Of a stretch of 62,143 nucleotides of DNA, positions 8,450 to 17,165 are shown piece after piece; positions within the stretch are counted from its first letter, which is position 1; the number at the start of each line of letters is the position of its first letter. The translations under genes were made by a program, and so were the position numbers. The notes beneath the pieces were generated by a model. That model did no database searches and had not been told where the DNA came from. It saw only the letters and a list, made by a program, of their open reading frames with translations. The stretch lies in contig JAICLH010000001.1 of assembly GCA_025927495.1 (NCBI GenBank), positions 1 to 62,143 of the forward strand, in the 5' to 3' direction. Source of the stretch: Gemmatimonadaceae bacterium (GTDB lineage: Bacteria > Gemmatimonadota > Gemmatimonadetes > Gemmatimonadales > Gemmatimonadaceae).

Positions 8450-9097
8450 CTACTGCACGTGCACGACGCCGGTCATGCCGGGGTGAATCGAGCAATGGTA
8501 GCTGAACGTGCCCGCCGTCGTGAATGTCCGACTGATCTTGGTGTTCGAGTACGGCGATGCGACGGTACCGAGATCCGCAGGCGTTCCCGGAGGCGCCGGC
8601 TGATTGAACGTGACCGTGTGGGCGAGCGATTGGAACACCCAGGTCACCGTTCCGCCCGCTTTGATCGTGACGTCGGCCGGAGTGAACTGCTGTCCCGTTG
8701 TCGCTGTAACTGTGTCTGCCGTCCGGAAGTCCGCTACGCTCACGGTTCCAGAGCCGTTCTTGGTGACGCCACCCGACGTGAGCGACGCTGAGATCGTCAC
8801 GGGTCCGCCAAGCGCAACCGACGTGACCAGGCCGCTCCCATTGACCGTCGCGATCGATTCGTCGCTCGACGACCAGGTCGCTGCGCCCAACCCTGACATC
8901 GGGTGCCCGTTCTGATCGAGTGGCGTTGCAGACATCTGCGTCTGCGTGCCGGGCGCGCCGAAGATGGTTTGCGTGTCCGGCTGGACCTGGAGGCTGGTGA
9001 AGACCGCAGGTGGTGGCGGGGTTACAGTGCTGCCGCCGCCTCCGCCGCAACCGACAACTACGAGCGAGGCGAGAATGATGACCATTGAAGCGCGCAT
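8450..9097 (-). CDS. Big_2 (bacterial Ig-like) domain fused to a cupredoxin domain; lipoprotein
   Basis: ATG 9097 gives MRASMVIILASLVVVGCGGG. The Big_2-like segment is ATPLDQNGHPMSGLGAATWSSSDESIATVNGSGLVTSVALGGPVTISA. The C-terminal copper site is GTFSYHCSIHPGMTGVVHV. Confidence 0.8.
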   Translation of the reverse strand: MRASMVIILASLVVVGCGGGGGSTVTPPPPAVFTSLQVQPDTQTIFGAPGTQTQMSATPLDQNGHPMSGLGAATWSSSDESIATVNGSGLVTSVALGGPVTISASLTSGGVTKNGSGTVSVADFRTADTVTATTGQQFTPADVTIKAGGTVTWVFQSLAHTVTFNQPAPPGTPADLGTVASPYSNTKISRTFTTAGTFSYHCSIHPGMTGVVHVQ

Positions 9098-9213
9098 AAA
9101 TCCCCCGGGGCCGGCGAGTGAAGAAAGAAACGGACACTCCGTTCGACGATTCAACGTTGAACAAACTTCAGAGCCAACACGTCAGCAGCTCCGGCGCACT
9201 CATCACGTCGCTC

Positions 9214-10785
9214 TTACTTCGAATTCGTTAGCAGAAGGCCCATTGCGTGGCTGTCACCGCGCTCCATTGCGACTTCGGCCGCAAGGCTTACATGGTCGCG
9301 AAAAATGGTCGCCACGGCTAGCGTCTTGTCTTTGCTGCGAAAGGCGACGGCACAATCTCGGTTCTCGATCGATCCCTGGATCTCGGTGCCATCCCAGCTC
9401 GACACATAGCCGACGTAGTCGATCGTGACGTCGTAGTGGGCGCTCCAGAAAAACGGAATCGACCGGAAAGGTTCCCGCGCGCCGAGTAGGTTCCGCGCCG
9501 CCGCCTGACCCTGTCGCTCGGCCACAACCCAGTGCTCGACACGGATGCGCTCGCCGGTCCACGCATACGGGAACCGCGCGATGTCCCCGGCCGCGAAAAC
9601 GCCCGGGGCGTTAGTCTCGAGTGTGTCGTTCACGGAGAGCCCGCGGTCCATTGCCAGGCCCGCCGCTTCGGCGAGCGCGACGTTAGGCCGAACGCCGATA
9701 CCGGCCACGATCAGCTCGCCGGATAGCGAGCGTCCGTCGTCCAACACGACGCCGTCCGCGCTCACCGATGCGACGGTGTGCTTGAGGTGGAACACGACGC
9801 CGTGCTCCTCGTGCAGGGCTTTGATGAACTGGCCCAACTCCGGACCGAGCACCTTCTCGAGCGGTAAGGCCTCAGGCGCAACCACGTGCACGTCAAGCCC
9901 CCGCGCGCGCAGCGAGGCGGCTACTTCGAGTCCGATGAAACTCGCGCCAATCACGATCGCGCGCTTCGCTCCCGCCGCCGACGCAATGATCGCCCTGCTG
10001 TCCCCGAGCGAACGCAGATAGTGCACACGCGGTGAATCGGAACCCGGTACGCGGAGTTGGACCGGGCTCGCACCCGTTGCGAGCAATACGCGGTCAAACC
10101 GGTGCTCGGCACCGCCCTCGAGCATCACGCGCTTGTGCTTCGGGTCGAACGACGCGACGCGTCCGCGCACGATGTCGATTCCGTTCGCTTCGTCGAATCC
10201 GGGCGGCCGCAGGGGAATCCATTCCTCCGGCGCGTTGCCGGCCAGGAAATCCTTGGAGAGATTCGGGCGGTCGTACGGCGAATCGCCATCTGCGTCGATT
10301 ACCGTAATGGTTCCGTCGTATCCCTCGCGCCGCAGCATCTCGGCGCCGGCGTTGCCCGCGGCGCCGCCGCCGATGATCCCGATGCTGCCAGGCTGTTGCC
10401 CGCTGCGGGGAGATCGGTTCGGAGTCGGCGCCAACGGCTCACGCTCGATCTTTCCCGTTACGCGTGCCTTGCCAGCGCGCACCTCGACCCGCCAACACGC
10501 GACGGGGTTGAGCGCCGGCGCCCGCAACGCCTCGCCCGTGCGCAGATCAAAGCACGCGTGGTGCCACGGACAATGCACGTGGTCGCCCTCGAGCAATCCT
10601 TCCGCCAGTGGCCCGCTGTAGTGCGAGCACACGGCGCCCATCGCCAGCACCTCCTCGCCGCGGCGCACCATCAGCACCGCTTCGCCGTTGGCATGACCGA
10701 GCAGCATCACGCCATCGGCAAGAGCGGTGAGAGGGATGCCTAACGTGAGATCGGGTCCAGCTAACTGTTGCTGCTCGCTGCTCAT
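9214..10785 (-). CDS. Rieske [2Fe-2S] domain fused to an FAD/NAD(P)-dependent pyridine nucleotide-disulfide oxidoreductase (ferredoxin reductase/AIF-like)
   Basis: Rieske ligands CSHYSGPL...CPWHHACF, dinucleotide motifs IGIIGGGAAG and AIVIGASFIGLEVA, and the C-terminal reductase domain are present. Start taken at ATG 10785 (MSSEQQQ). Confidence 0.85.
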   Translation of the reverse strand: MSSEQQQLAGPDLTLGIPLTALADGVMLLGHANGEAVLMVRRGEEVLAMGAVCSHYSGPLAEGLLEGDHVHCPWHHACFDLRTGEALRAPALNPVACWRVEVRAGKARVTGKIEREPLAPTPNRSPRSGQQPGSIGIIGGGAAGNAGAEMLRREGYDGTITVIDADGDSPYDRPNLSKDFLAGNAPEEWIPLRPPGFDEANGIDIVRGRVASFDPKHKRVMLEGGAEHRFDRVLLATGASPVQLRVPGSDSPRVHYLRSLGDSRAIIASAAGAKRAIVIGASFIGLEVAASLRARGLDVHVVAPEALPLEKVLGPELGQFIKALHEEHGVVFHLKHTVASVSADGVVLDDGRSLSGELIVAGIGVRPNVALAEAAGLAMDRGLSVNDTLETNAPGVFAAGDIARFPYAWTGERIRVEHWVVAERQGQAAARNLLGAREPFRSIPFFWSAHYDVTIDYVGYVSSWDGTEIQGSIENRDCAVAFRSKDKTLAVATIFRDHVSLAAEVAMERGDSHAMGLLLTNSK

Positions 10786-10866
10786 TGCAAAAGCTCGGTG
10801 ACGTATGGTCGCAGAGTTACAGGCACCACGGCCACACTTCAAGGCGCGGAGCCGCGAGCATCGTAT

Positions 10867-11436
10867 TTACTGTCCGACCTTCTGTTGCAAATTCTTTGCG
10901 GCCGCCAGATGTCCCTCGAAGGCCGGGACAACTTTCTGCACGAAAGCCTTGAGCTCCGCGTTCTGAATGGCCGGTAGCAGCGTGTTGTTGAGCGCGTCGA
11001 TCACCTGCTGATGGTAGGCGACCTCGTGCTCGAGATACGCCTTGTCGAAATCGGCGCCGTGCTTCGTCTTCAGCTCCTTGAGCGCGGTAGCAGCCGCCTC
11101 CGCTCCCTGGTCCGGTTTCGGCGGCGTCGGCTTCACGCCGAGTTTTTTCGCCAGATCGCGAGCCTGTTGCCGGACTTCCGTATGGTCGTGCGCGAACTGC
11201 TTGCCCAAATCTCGCACGTCCTTGCTGCTGCCGCGGGACGCGGCGAGACCACTCGTCTCGATGTCCGCGGTGTTCGCTTCCTCAAAGATCGCAACAATGG
11301 TGGGGTCGTCGAGCGCCACGCGACTCACCGTGGCGGTCGCGGCATTGGGCCGATGCGGTTTCGGCGCGTGCGTCGCCGGCATCGCGAACGCGGATGCGAG
11401 CCCCACGACTGCAGCGATGGATACCATCTTTAGCAT
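10867..11436 (-). CDS. DUF4142 domain protein (secreted, ferritin-like four-helix repeat)
   Basis: Signal peptide MLKMVSIAAVVGLASAFA. Two repeats contain FAHDHTEV...A and FDKAYLEHEVAYHQQVIDAL, characteristic of DUF4142. Confidence 0.75.
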   Translation of the reverse strand: MLKMVSIAAVVGLASAFAMPATHAPKPHRPNAATATVSRVALDDPTIVAIFEEANTADIETSGLAASRGSSKDVRDLGKQFAHDHTEVRQQARDLAKKLGVKPTPPKPDQGAEAAATALKELKTKHGADFDKAYLEHEVAYHQQVIDALNNTLLPAIQNAELKAFVQKVVPAFEGHLAAAKNLQQKVGQ

Positions 11437-11522
11437 GACATCCTCCTCCTCGTACTGGATTGTGGTCCCGAGCCACTCATCTCATCCCGGGATATGTCGT
11501 GCGCAGAAGATGATCTGCGTTA

Positions 11523-11535
11523 TGACAATTTGTCA
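11523..11535. promoter_or_regulatory. Perfect 13-bp palindrome TGACAATTTGTCA in an AT-rich divergent promoter region; candidate operator of the adjacent ArsR-like regulator
   Basis: Seen directly. It lies 72 nt upstream of ATG 11607 and is embedded in the only AT-rich stretch of the 11437..11606 intergenic region. The operator role is inferred. Confidence 0.35.
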
Positions 11536-11606
11536 ATCAAATCGTGTAGATATTGTGTTTCGTTGTGCCGACTATTATCCTGACCGATACGACAAGGACC
11601 GCCACT

Positions 11607-12242
11607 ATGAACAGCGTAACTCGTTGGAACCGGAAGTTTTACGCCAGCACGCGCGGGCGTATTGTCAGGCTCCTCAGACGGGCCGCGCTCACGGTAGACC
11701 AGATCGCCCGCGATCTCCATCTCACCGATAACGCCGTTCGAGCCCACCTCGCGTCGCTCGAGCGCGACGGACTCGTCGAGCAGGACGTGCCCAAGCGAGG
11801 CTCTGTCGGAAAGCCGGCGCACACGTATCGGGCGACAGACGAAACGAATCAGCTGCTGTCGCGCGCCTACGTGGTGGTGTTCGCCCGCTTGATGGATGTT
11901 CTCTCCGAGCGGATGAGCCCGATCGAGCTACAGGGCCTCATGCAAACGGTCGGGAAGAGGCTCGCGCAGGACAAAACGCGAGCGAGTGGAACGCGCCGCG
12001 AGCGAGTGGAACGCGCGGCCGGTCTGCTCGAGGAGTTGGGCGGCGCAACATCAATCGAATCGCAGGACGGTGTTCTGCGAATTCGGGGTTACGGCTGTCC
12101 GCTCGGTGCGGCAGTGCGCGGTCACCCGGAGGTCTGCGGCTCCGTGGAGATGCTGCTCAGCGAAGCCGTCGGCGCACCCGTGCGCGAATGTTGCGACCAT
12201 GGCGAACGGCCGCAGTGTTGTTTCGAGGTGGCAGTCGAGTAA
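11607..12242 (+). CDS. ArsR-family winged-helix transcriptional regulator with a Cys-rich C-terminal domain
   Basis: wHTH segment TRGRIVRLLRRAALTVDQIARDLHLTDNAVRAHLASLERDGLV. The C-terminus is RIRGYGCPLGAAVRGHPEVCGSVEMLLSEAVGAPVRECCDHGERPQCCFEV. Start at ATG 11607. Confidence 0.75.
   Translation: MNSVTRWNRKFYASTRGRIVRLLRRAALTVDQIARDLHLTDNAVRAHLASLERDGLVEQDVPKRGSVGKPAHTYRATDETNQLLSRAYVVVFARLMDVLSERMSPIELQGLMQTVGKRLAQDKTRASGTRRERVERAAGLLEELGGATSIESQDGVLRIRGYGCPLGAAVRGHPEVCGSVEMLLSEAVGAPVRECCDHGERPQCCFEVAVE
11977..12016 (+). repeat. Perfect tandem direct repeat, 2 x 20 bp (CGCGAGCGAGTGGAACGCGC), inside the ArsR-like CDS
   Basis: Read directly. Copies at 11977..11996 and 11997..12016 are identical. 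The flanking bases differ, so the repeat is exactly 40 bp. Confidence 0.95.
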
Positions 12243-12443
12243 ATCGGCGGGTGCATCACGGATGATGTGAACGCTGGCAGGCGGCCCGCCCACCATCGAT
12301 GGACGGGCCGCTCTTTTCTCACCCGAGCGCGCACGTGCCTCGGGCGACGGCACGCGATACTTTCCGATTGTCACGTCGCGCAGTTGGGTTCGACTAACGA
12401 CCATCGCGGCGCCAATGGACCGCGCGTCCCGAGGAGAGGTCTG

Positions 12444-13121
12444 TTGATCGTCATTCCAGCCCTTAACCTCCGCGACGGTGAATCCGTGCAGCTTGCCGAC
12501 GCAATCGAGGTTGCGCGATCGTGGGCGGCGATGGGATTCGCCCGTCTTCACGTCACCGACCTGGATGCTGCCGCAGGCCGCGGTGCCAACGCGGCGGTCA
12601 TCACATCGTTGCTGCACAGGATCGATGCGGCGATCCAGGTGGCCGGGGATGTCCGAACCATGGACGACGTGGATCGTCTTCTCCAAGCGGGAGCCGAGCG
12701 TGTAATCGTCGGTACGCGCGCAATCGAGGACGCGAGTTGGCTCGGCGACGTAGCCGTCCAATTTCCGGGTCGCGTCGTGGTGTCCGCGCTCGTGCGCGAC
12801 CGACGGGTGGCAACGCCGGACCGCCGCACGACGCCGCGCGACGTGCTGAGCATGGTCGAGGACTGGAACGAGTTACCGCTTGCCGCGGTGATCGTGACTG
12901 TGGCGCAGCACGACCGGCGCATGCGCGGGACCGACCTCTTCCTCATGGAAGATCTAACGGAGATGTCGCTGCATCCGGTGATCGCGGCCGGTGGGATCAC
13001 CACGCAGTCCGAGCTGCGCGATCTCGAGGAACGTGGGGTCTCGGCGGCGATCGTCGGCTGGGCGCTCGCGACGGGCGGCCTCGACGCACGCATTCTGGCA
13101 GAGCACTTCTCGCAGCAATGA
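12444..13121 (+). CDS. hisA: HisA-like (beta/alpha)8 isomerase (ProFAR isomerase family)
   Basis: LLIVIPALNLRDGESV, HVTDLDAA, IQVAGDVR, VIVGT and GGITTQSELRDLEERGVSAAIVGWAL match the HisA/HisF fold motifs. A TTG start at 12444 is preceded by GGAGAGG. The track ORF starts at 12267. Confidence 0.75.
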   Translation: MIVIPALNLRDGESVQLADAIEVARSWAAMGFARLHVTDLDAAAGRGANAAVITSLLHRIDAAIQVAGDVRTMDDVDRLLQAGAERVIVGTRAIEDASWLGDVAVQFPGRVVVSALVRDRRVATPDRRTTPRDVLSMVEDWNELPLAAVIVTVAQHDRRMRGTDLFLMEDLTEMSLHPVIAAGGITTQSELRDLEERGVSAAIVGWALATGGLDARILAEHFSQQ

Positions 13122-13150
13122 CGACGCAGCCGCCGGCGTCTCCTCTGTAC

Positions 13151-13157
13151 GTTAGGC
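13151..13157 (+). repeat. Intergenic copy of the over-represented heptamer GTTAGGC (hisA-hisI spacer)
   Basis: Read directly; see the window-wide heptamer finding. Confidence 0.9.
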
Positions 13158-13193
13158 GCGACACCGACCACGCGCGATGCGCGCGGAGCGACC

Positions 13194-13778
13194 ATGTTCG
13201 ATCTGTCCCAACTCGACTTTTCGCAGAACGCCGGGTTCGTCACGGTCGTCGCGCAGAACGCGACGACCGGTGACGTGCTGATGGTCGCCCGCGCCGACCG
13301 GGAGTCGATCGTGCAGACGCTGGCGACCGGCCACCTCCAGTGCGACACTCGGCTCGGCGGGCGGTGGGGGCCCAACACCGGCAGCAGGCAGCGAGTCGTG
13401 TCGCTCGAGTGCGACTGTGATGGCGACGTGCTATTGGCGCGCGTGTCGCCCACTGGCCCGGTTTGCCATACCGGGGCACCGTCCTGCTTCGCCCATCCGG
13501 CGAGCGATGAGATCGACACACCGATCGACCGCCGTGCATCCGATGTCGGTGCGGTAAGGGCACGGCTCCGCGAGTTAGGCGAGGAGGCAGCGCACGCGAT
13601 CACGACGTGCGCGACCGAGGACCTGGCCGCCGCGAGTGAGGAAGTCGCGCATCTCGTCCATCGTGCACTGGTTGCGCTGTGCGCCGCCGGCGGAACGCTG
13701 TCCGACGTGCAAGGCTTGCTCGGTCGGCGAACGCCACCGATCTCGGGTCCGACGCGGAATGGCGCACAGACCACCTGA
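13194..13778 (+). CDS. hisI: Phosphoribosyl-AMP cyclohydrolase (HisI) with a C-terminal HisE-like extension; divergent
   Basis: GFVTVVAQNATTGDVLMVARADRESIVQTLATG...LECDCDGDVLLARVSPTGPVCHTGAPSCF matches HisI. The usually conserved YSRSR...KGxTSG segment is divergent here (QCDTRLGGRWGPNTGS). Confidence 0.7.
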   Translation: MFDLSQLDFSQNAGFVTVVAQNATTGDVLMVARADRESIVQTLATGHLQCDTRLGGRWGPNTGSRQRVVSLECDCDGDVLLARVSPTGPVCHTGAPSCFAHPASDEIDTPIDRRASDVGAVRARLRELGEEAAHAITTCATEDLAAASEEVAHLVHRALVALCAAGGTLSDVQGLLGRRTPPISGPTRNGAQTT

Positions 13779-13817
13779 GCACGACCAGACTGGCGCTCCA
13801 TCTCTCCCGCTGATTTC

Positions 13818-14786
13818 TTGATTCTCACGATGACCTCGAGCACCACGCCGTACGCCGACACCGCCGCGCGCCTGGGATCGTGCTTGGATCCCGCGCGCAT
13901 ACGCGCCGGTATGGCGCTCGCGCCCTACACGACCTTCAAGATCGGTGGACCCGCCGATCTGTTCGTCGAAGTCCAGAGCGCGGACGAGTTGGCGACCACC
14001 GTTAGCACCGTGCGCGAGGCCGGCGTCCCGTGGTTCGTGCTCGGCCTCGGCGCAAACATCCTGGTCGGCGACCTCGGATTCCGCGGAGTCGTCATTCGGA
14101 ATGCGGCCTCGCATTCGCGATGGTTCGATGACGGCCGCGTGTGCGCAGAAAGCGGGACGATCATGCGGGACTTGATCCTGGAAGCCGTGCGGCGCGGCTG
14201 GTCCGGACTGGAGCATTACGTCGGGATCCCTAGTTCGTTAGGCGGCGCGGTGTGGCAGAATCTGCACTTTCTCTCGCCGGCGCCCGAGCGGTCGCGCACG
14301 ATGTTCCTCGCCGAAGTGTTCGACTGCTGCGAGATTCTCGCCGAAGACGGATCGCGCCGCTCCGTCGACGCGTCGTACGTCGAGTTCGGATACGACGACA
14401 CGGTCTTTCATCATCGTCGCGACGTCGTCCTCACGGCGACGTTGAAATTGTCCTCGGGCGACCCCGCGGCGATGCGCCGCATAATGGAGGAGAACCTCAG
14501 TTGGCGTGGCGCACGTCACCCGTGGCTCGACTGGTTTCCCAGCGCGGGATCGATCTTCAAGAAGATCGAAGGCGTCGGCGCCGGCCGACTCATCGACCAG
14601 TGCGGTCTCAAAGGGTATCGCTGCGGCGATGCGCAGATCTCGACGATCCACGCCAACATCATCGTCAATCTTGGTCGCGCCACTGCGGCCGACGTACGCG
14701 CCGTAATCGCCACCGCACAGCAACGCGTGCAAGAGAAATTCGGCTACCATCTCGAGCCGGAGATCGGCTTCATTGGCGAATTCTGA
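13818..14786 (+). CDS. murB: UDP-N-acetylenolpyruvoylglucosamine reductase
   Basis: Shows APYTTFKIGGPADLFVEV, LGLGANILV, the FAD-binding PCMH fold, and a C-terminal SAGSIFKK...GDAQIS..HANIIVN. The start may be ATG 13830. Confidence 0.9.
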   Translation: MILTMTSSTTPYADTAARLGSCLDPARIRAGMALAPYTTFKIGGPADLFVEVQSADELATTVSTVREAGVPWFVLGLGANILVGDLGFRGVVIRNAASHSRWFDDGRVCAESGTIMRDLILEAVRRGWSGLEHYVGIPSSLGGAVWQNLHFLSPAPERSRTMFLAEVFDCCEILAEDGSRRSVDASYVEFGYDDTVFHHRRDVVLTATLKLSSGDPAAMRRIMEENLSWRGARHPWLDWFPSAGSIFKKIEGVGAGRLIDQCGLKGYRCGDAQISTIHANIIVNLGRATAADVRAVIATAQQRVQEKFGYHLEPEIGFIGEF

Positions 14787-14795
14787 CGCCGCATG

Positions 14796-16721
14796 TCAGT
14801 CGTCGTTCGCAATGTCCTCCCACTTGCCGACCGCCGTGTCCAGTTCGCGCTTTGCCGAATCGAGCTCGGCGCTCAGTTCGCGAGCGCGCTCGATTCCGGA
14901 TGGGGAGTCGTAAAGCGCCGGATCCTCGAGCAACGAGGTGAGCGACGCGACACGCGCATCGATGCGCATGACGTCCGCTTCGGCGGCTTCGAGGGCCCGG
15001 CGCGACGCGCGATTCGTACGTTCGTCGACCCGACGCTGCTCTCTCGCCGCGGCCTCTCTGCGCTCTTCGCGCGTCGGGCGCGTCGATTCGGGCTTTGCGC
15101 GTGCCGCGGCCCGGCTCCGCTCCCTCACCCACTGCTCCCAGTCGGCGAACCCTCCGTCAAAGTCGACGATGCGGCGATCCTCGAGCGACCAGACGCGCGT
15201 CGCGAGGCTCCGCAGCAGCGCACGGTCGTGGCTGACGAGCACGATCGTGCCGTCGTATGCCGAGAGCGCATCCTCGAGGGTCTCGATCGACTCGACGTCA
15301 AGATGATTGGTCGGCTCGTCGAGCAAGATCAGATTCGCGTGCGCGAGCATCAGCATGGCGAGCGCCAACCGTGCACGTTCGCCGCCTGACAACGTGTCAG
15401 TGCTCCGCTGCACGGTGTCTCCCGTGAAGCCGAACCGCGCGAGATGGCTCAAGATCGCGCCCCGACCCCAGAGCGGTCTGAGCGTCGCGATCACGTCCAG
15501 CAGCGAACGACCCGGCGGCACCTGCGTGAGCTCCTGCCGATAGTACGCCGCCGCAATCGATCCGCCTAACCGAATCGTTCCACTCTCGAGCGTGAGCTCG
15601 CCGAGCGCCGCGCGCAAAAGCGAGGACTTCCCTGCGCCGTTCGCGCCCACGAGGCCGATCACGTCCCCGCGGCGCGCCGTCGCCGAGAAGTCCTCGATGA
15701 GCGTGCGGCCCGCTTGTGCGACGCGCGCGCGGTCTGCGACCATGACCTGGTCGCCGCCGCGCTCGGTGGCGGACAACCGGAACGCCATCACGTCTTCCTC
15801 GCTCGGGGGTGCACTCAATCTCGGCATACGCTCCAGGCGGGTGCGTCGCCCCTTCGCCTGGCGACTGTTGTTGCCGGCGATGTTCCGGCGAATGTAGTCC
15901 TCCTCGCCTGCTATCGCGCGCTGCTGCTGGACGTACGCGCGCTGCTGCGTGAGGCGGCGCTCATCGCGTTGTCGCACGAACGCGCGATAATTCCCGCTGT
16001 AGGCGGACGCGCGCCCGTCCTCCAGGTGCAGGACGTGATCGACCACGCCGTCGAGAAAGGCGCGATCGTGGCTTATGACCAGCACCGTCTCGCCGGCATC
16101 CCGCAGATAGGCCTCGAGCCACGACGAGGTCTCGAGGTCGAGGTGATTCGTCGGCTCGTCGAGGAGCAGCACATCGGCCGGCGTCATCAGTTGCCGCGCC
16201 AGTGCGACGCGTCCGCGCTCGCCACCGCTCAGCGTGTCTACCGACTGGGCGCGCGAGCGCTCCGGATCGAAACCCAGTCCGTGCAACACCGCATCGACGC
16301 GCGACGAATAGGTGTAGCCGCCCTGATGCTCGAAGCGCTCGAGGTCATGGGCGTACGCGTCGAGGTCTTCCGCGGTCACGCGATCGCCGAGCGCGCCGAT
16401 CCGCTCGGCTTGTTCGCCTAACGAACGCTCGAGCGCAATAAGTGGTGCGAACGGCGCCGCCACAGCGTCCCACACGGTGCGCGCCTCGCCGAAGTCGCGG
16501 AGTTGCTCGAGGAGCGCCAGCCGAAGCCCGCTCGTCCGGCTGATTTGGCCCGTCGACGGCTCCATGCTTCCCATGATGAGCCGGAACAAACTCGTCTTTC
16601 CGGAACCGTTGCGGCCGACGATGCCCCAGCGCTCACCGGCGCTCACGGTGAACGTCACGTCCGTGAGCAGCGGATCCGCTCCGAACGTGATTGCGACCTG
16701 GGCCATCGACAGCTGTGTCAT
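14796..16721 (-). CDS. ABC-F family ATPase (two ABC domains, inter-domain linker, C-terminal coiled coil)
   Basis: Two Walker A sites (GRNGSGKTS, GANGAGKSS), two LSGGE signatures, no TM domain and a charged C-terminal tail. Confidence 0.9.
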   Translation of the reverse strand: MTQLSMAQVAITFGADPLLTDVTFTVSAGERWGIVGRNGSGKTSLFRLIMGSMEPSTGQISRTSGLRLALLEQLRDFGEARTVWDAVAAPFAPLIALERSLGEQAERIGALGDRVTAEDLDAYAHDLERFEHQGGYTYSSRVDAVLHGLGFDPERSRAQSVDTLSGGERGRVALARQLMTPADVLLLDEPTNHLDLETSSWLEAYLRDAGETVLVISHDRAFLDGVVDHVLHLEDGRASAYSGNYRAFVRQRDERRLTQQRAYVQQQRAIAGEEDYIRRNIAGNNSRQAKGRRTRLERMPRLSAPPSEEDVMAFRLSATERGGDQVMVADRARVAQAGRTLIEDFSATARRGDVIGLVGANGAGKSSLLRAALGELTLESGTIRLGGSIAAAYYRQELTQVPPGRSLLDVIATLRPLWGRGAILSHLARFGFTGDTVQRSTDTLSGGERARLALAMLMLAHANLILLDEPTNHLDVESIETLEDALSAYDGTIVLVSHDRALLRSLATRVWSLEDRRIVDFDGGFADWEQWVRERSRAAARAKPESTRPTREERREAAAREQRRVDERTNRASRRALEAAEADVMRIDARVASLTSLLEDPALYDSPSGIERARELSAELDSAKRELDTAVGKWEDIANDD

Positions 16722-16743
16722 ACCGTACGGGAGCGTTCGCCGA

Positions 16744-17094
16744 TCACGAGCCGCTGATCCACGACGCCCACTCGGATTCCGCGAGGCCGACCGTCAGCCG
16801 TTGCTGGCACCGAACCAGCGGCGTTCGCAACAGCAATGGCTCGTCGACCAAAAGAGCCAGCCACCGCTCGTCGGAAAGGCGCGCGGCGCGGAGTCCGAGA
16901 TCCGTGTAGCGCGGCGATTCGACGTCGACCAACGTCGACACACCGAATCGTTGAGCGAATCGCATGAGCTCCCCGCGCGATGCCGGCCGCTCAGAGAGAT
17001 TCACGAAATGCGCTCGCACGCGGCGCTCGGAAAAGAACCGTTGCGCTTTTCGCGTGTCAGCGCATTTGCGCGTGCCGAAGATCTGCACTTCCAT
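16744..17094 (-). CDS. ArsC/Spx/YffB-family thioredoxin-fold protein
   Basis: MEVQIFGTRKCADTRKAQRFF...LLRTPLV is the typical N-terminal CxxS/T-less ArsC-family pattern. Size 116 aa. Confidence 0.8.
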   Translation of the reverse strand: MEVQIFGTRKCADTRKAQRFFSERRVRAHFVNLSERPASRGELMRFAQRFGVSTLVDVESPRYTDLGLRAARLSDERWLALLVDEPLLLRTPLVRCQQRLTVGLAESEWASWISGS

Positions 17095-17165
17095 GCCTGG
17101 CCGTCGAGGAGCGAGAATATCTGCGTGTACGGAATCTATATGGTCAACACGTCGCGCTCAGCCGC

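Noticed and set aside
12548-13900. Very long antisense or alternative-frame ORFs. Examples: 12548..13900 (-), 51849..53003 (-), 29204..29968 (-), 50844..51809 (-), 49068..49997 (-), 42683..43378 (-), 33157..34107 (+).
   Set aside because: They are Arg/Ala/Ser/Pro-rich with no recognisable motifs and lie opposite or out of frame to genes with unmistakable homology patterns. They are typical stop-codon-poor frames of high-GC DNA.
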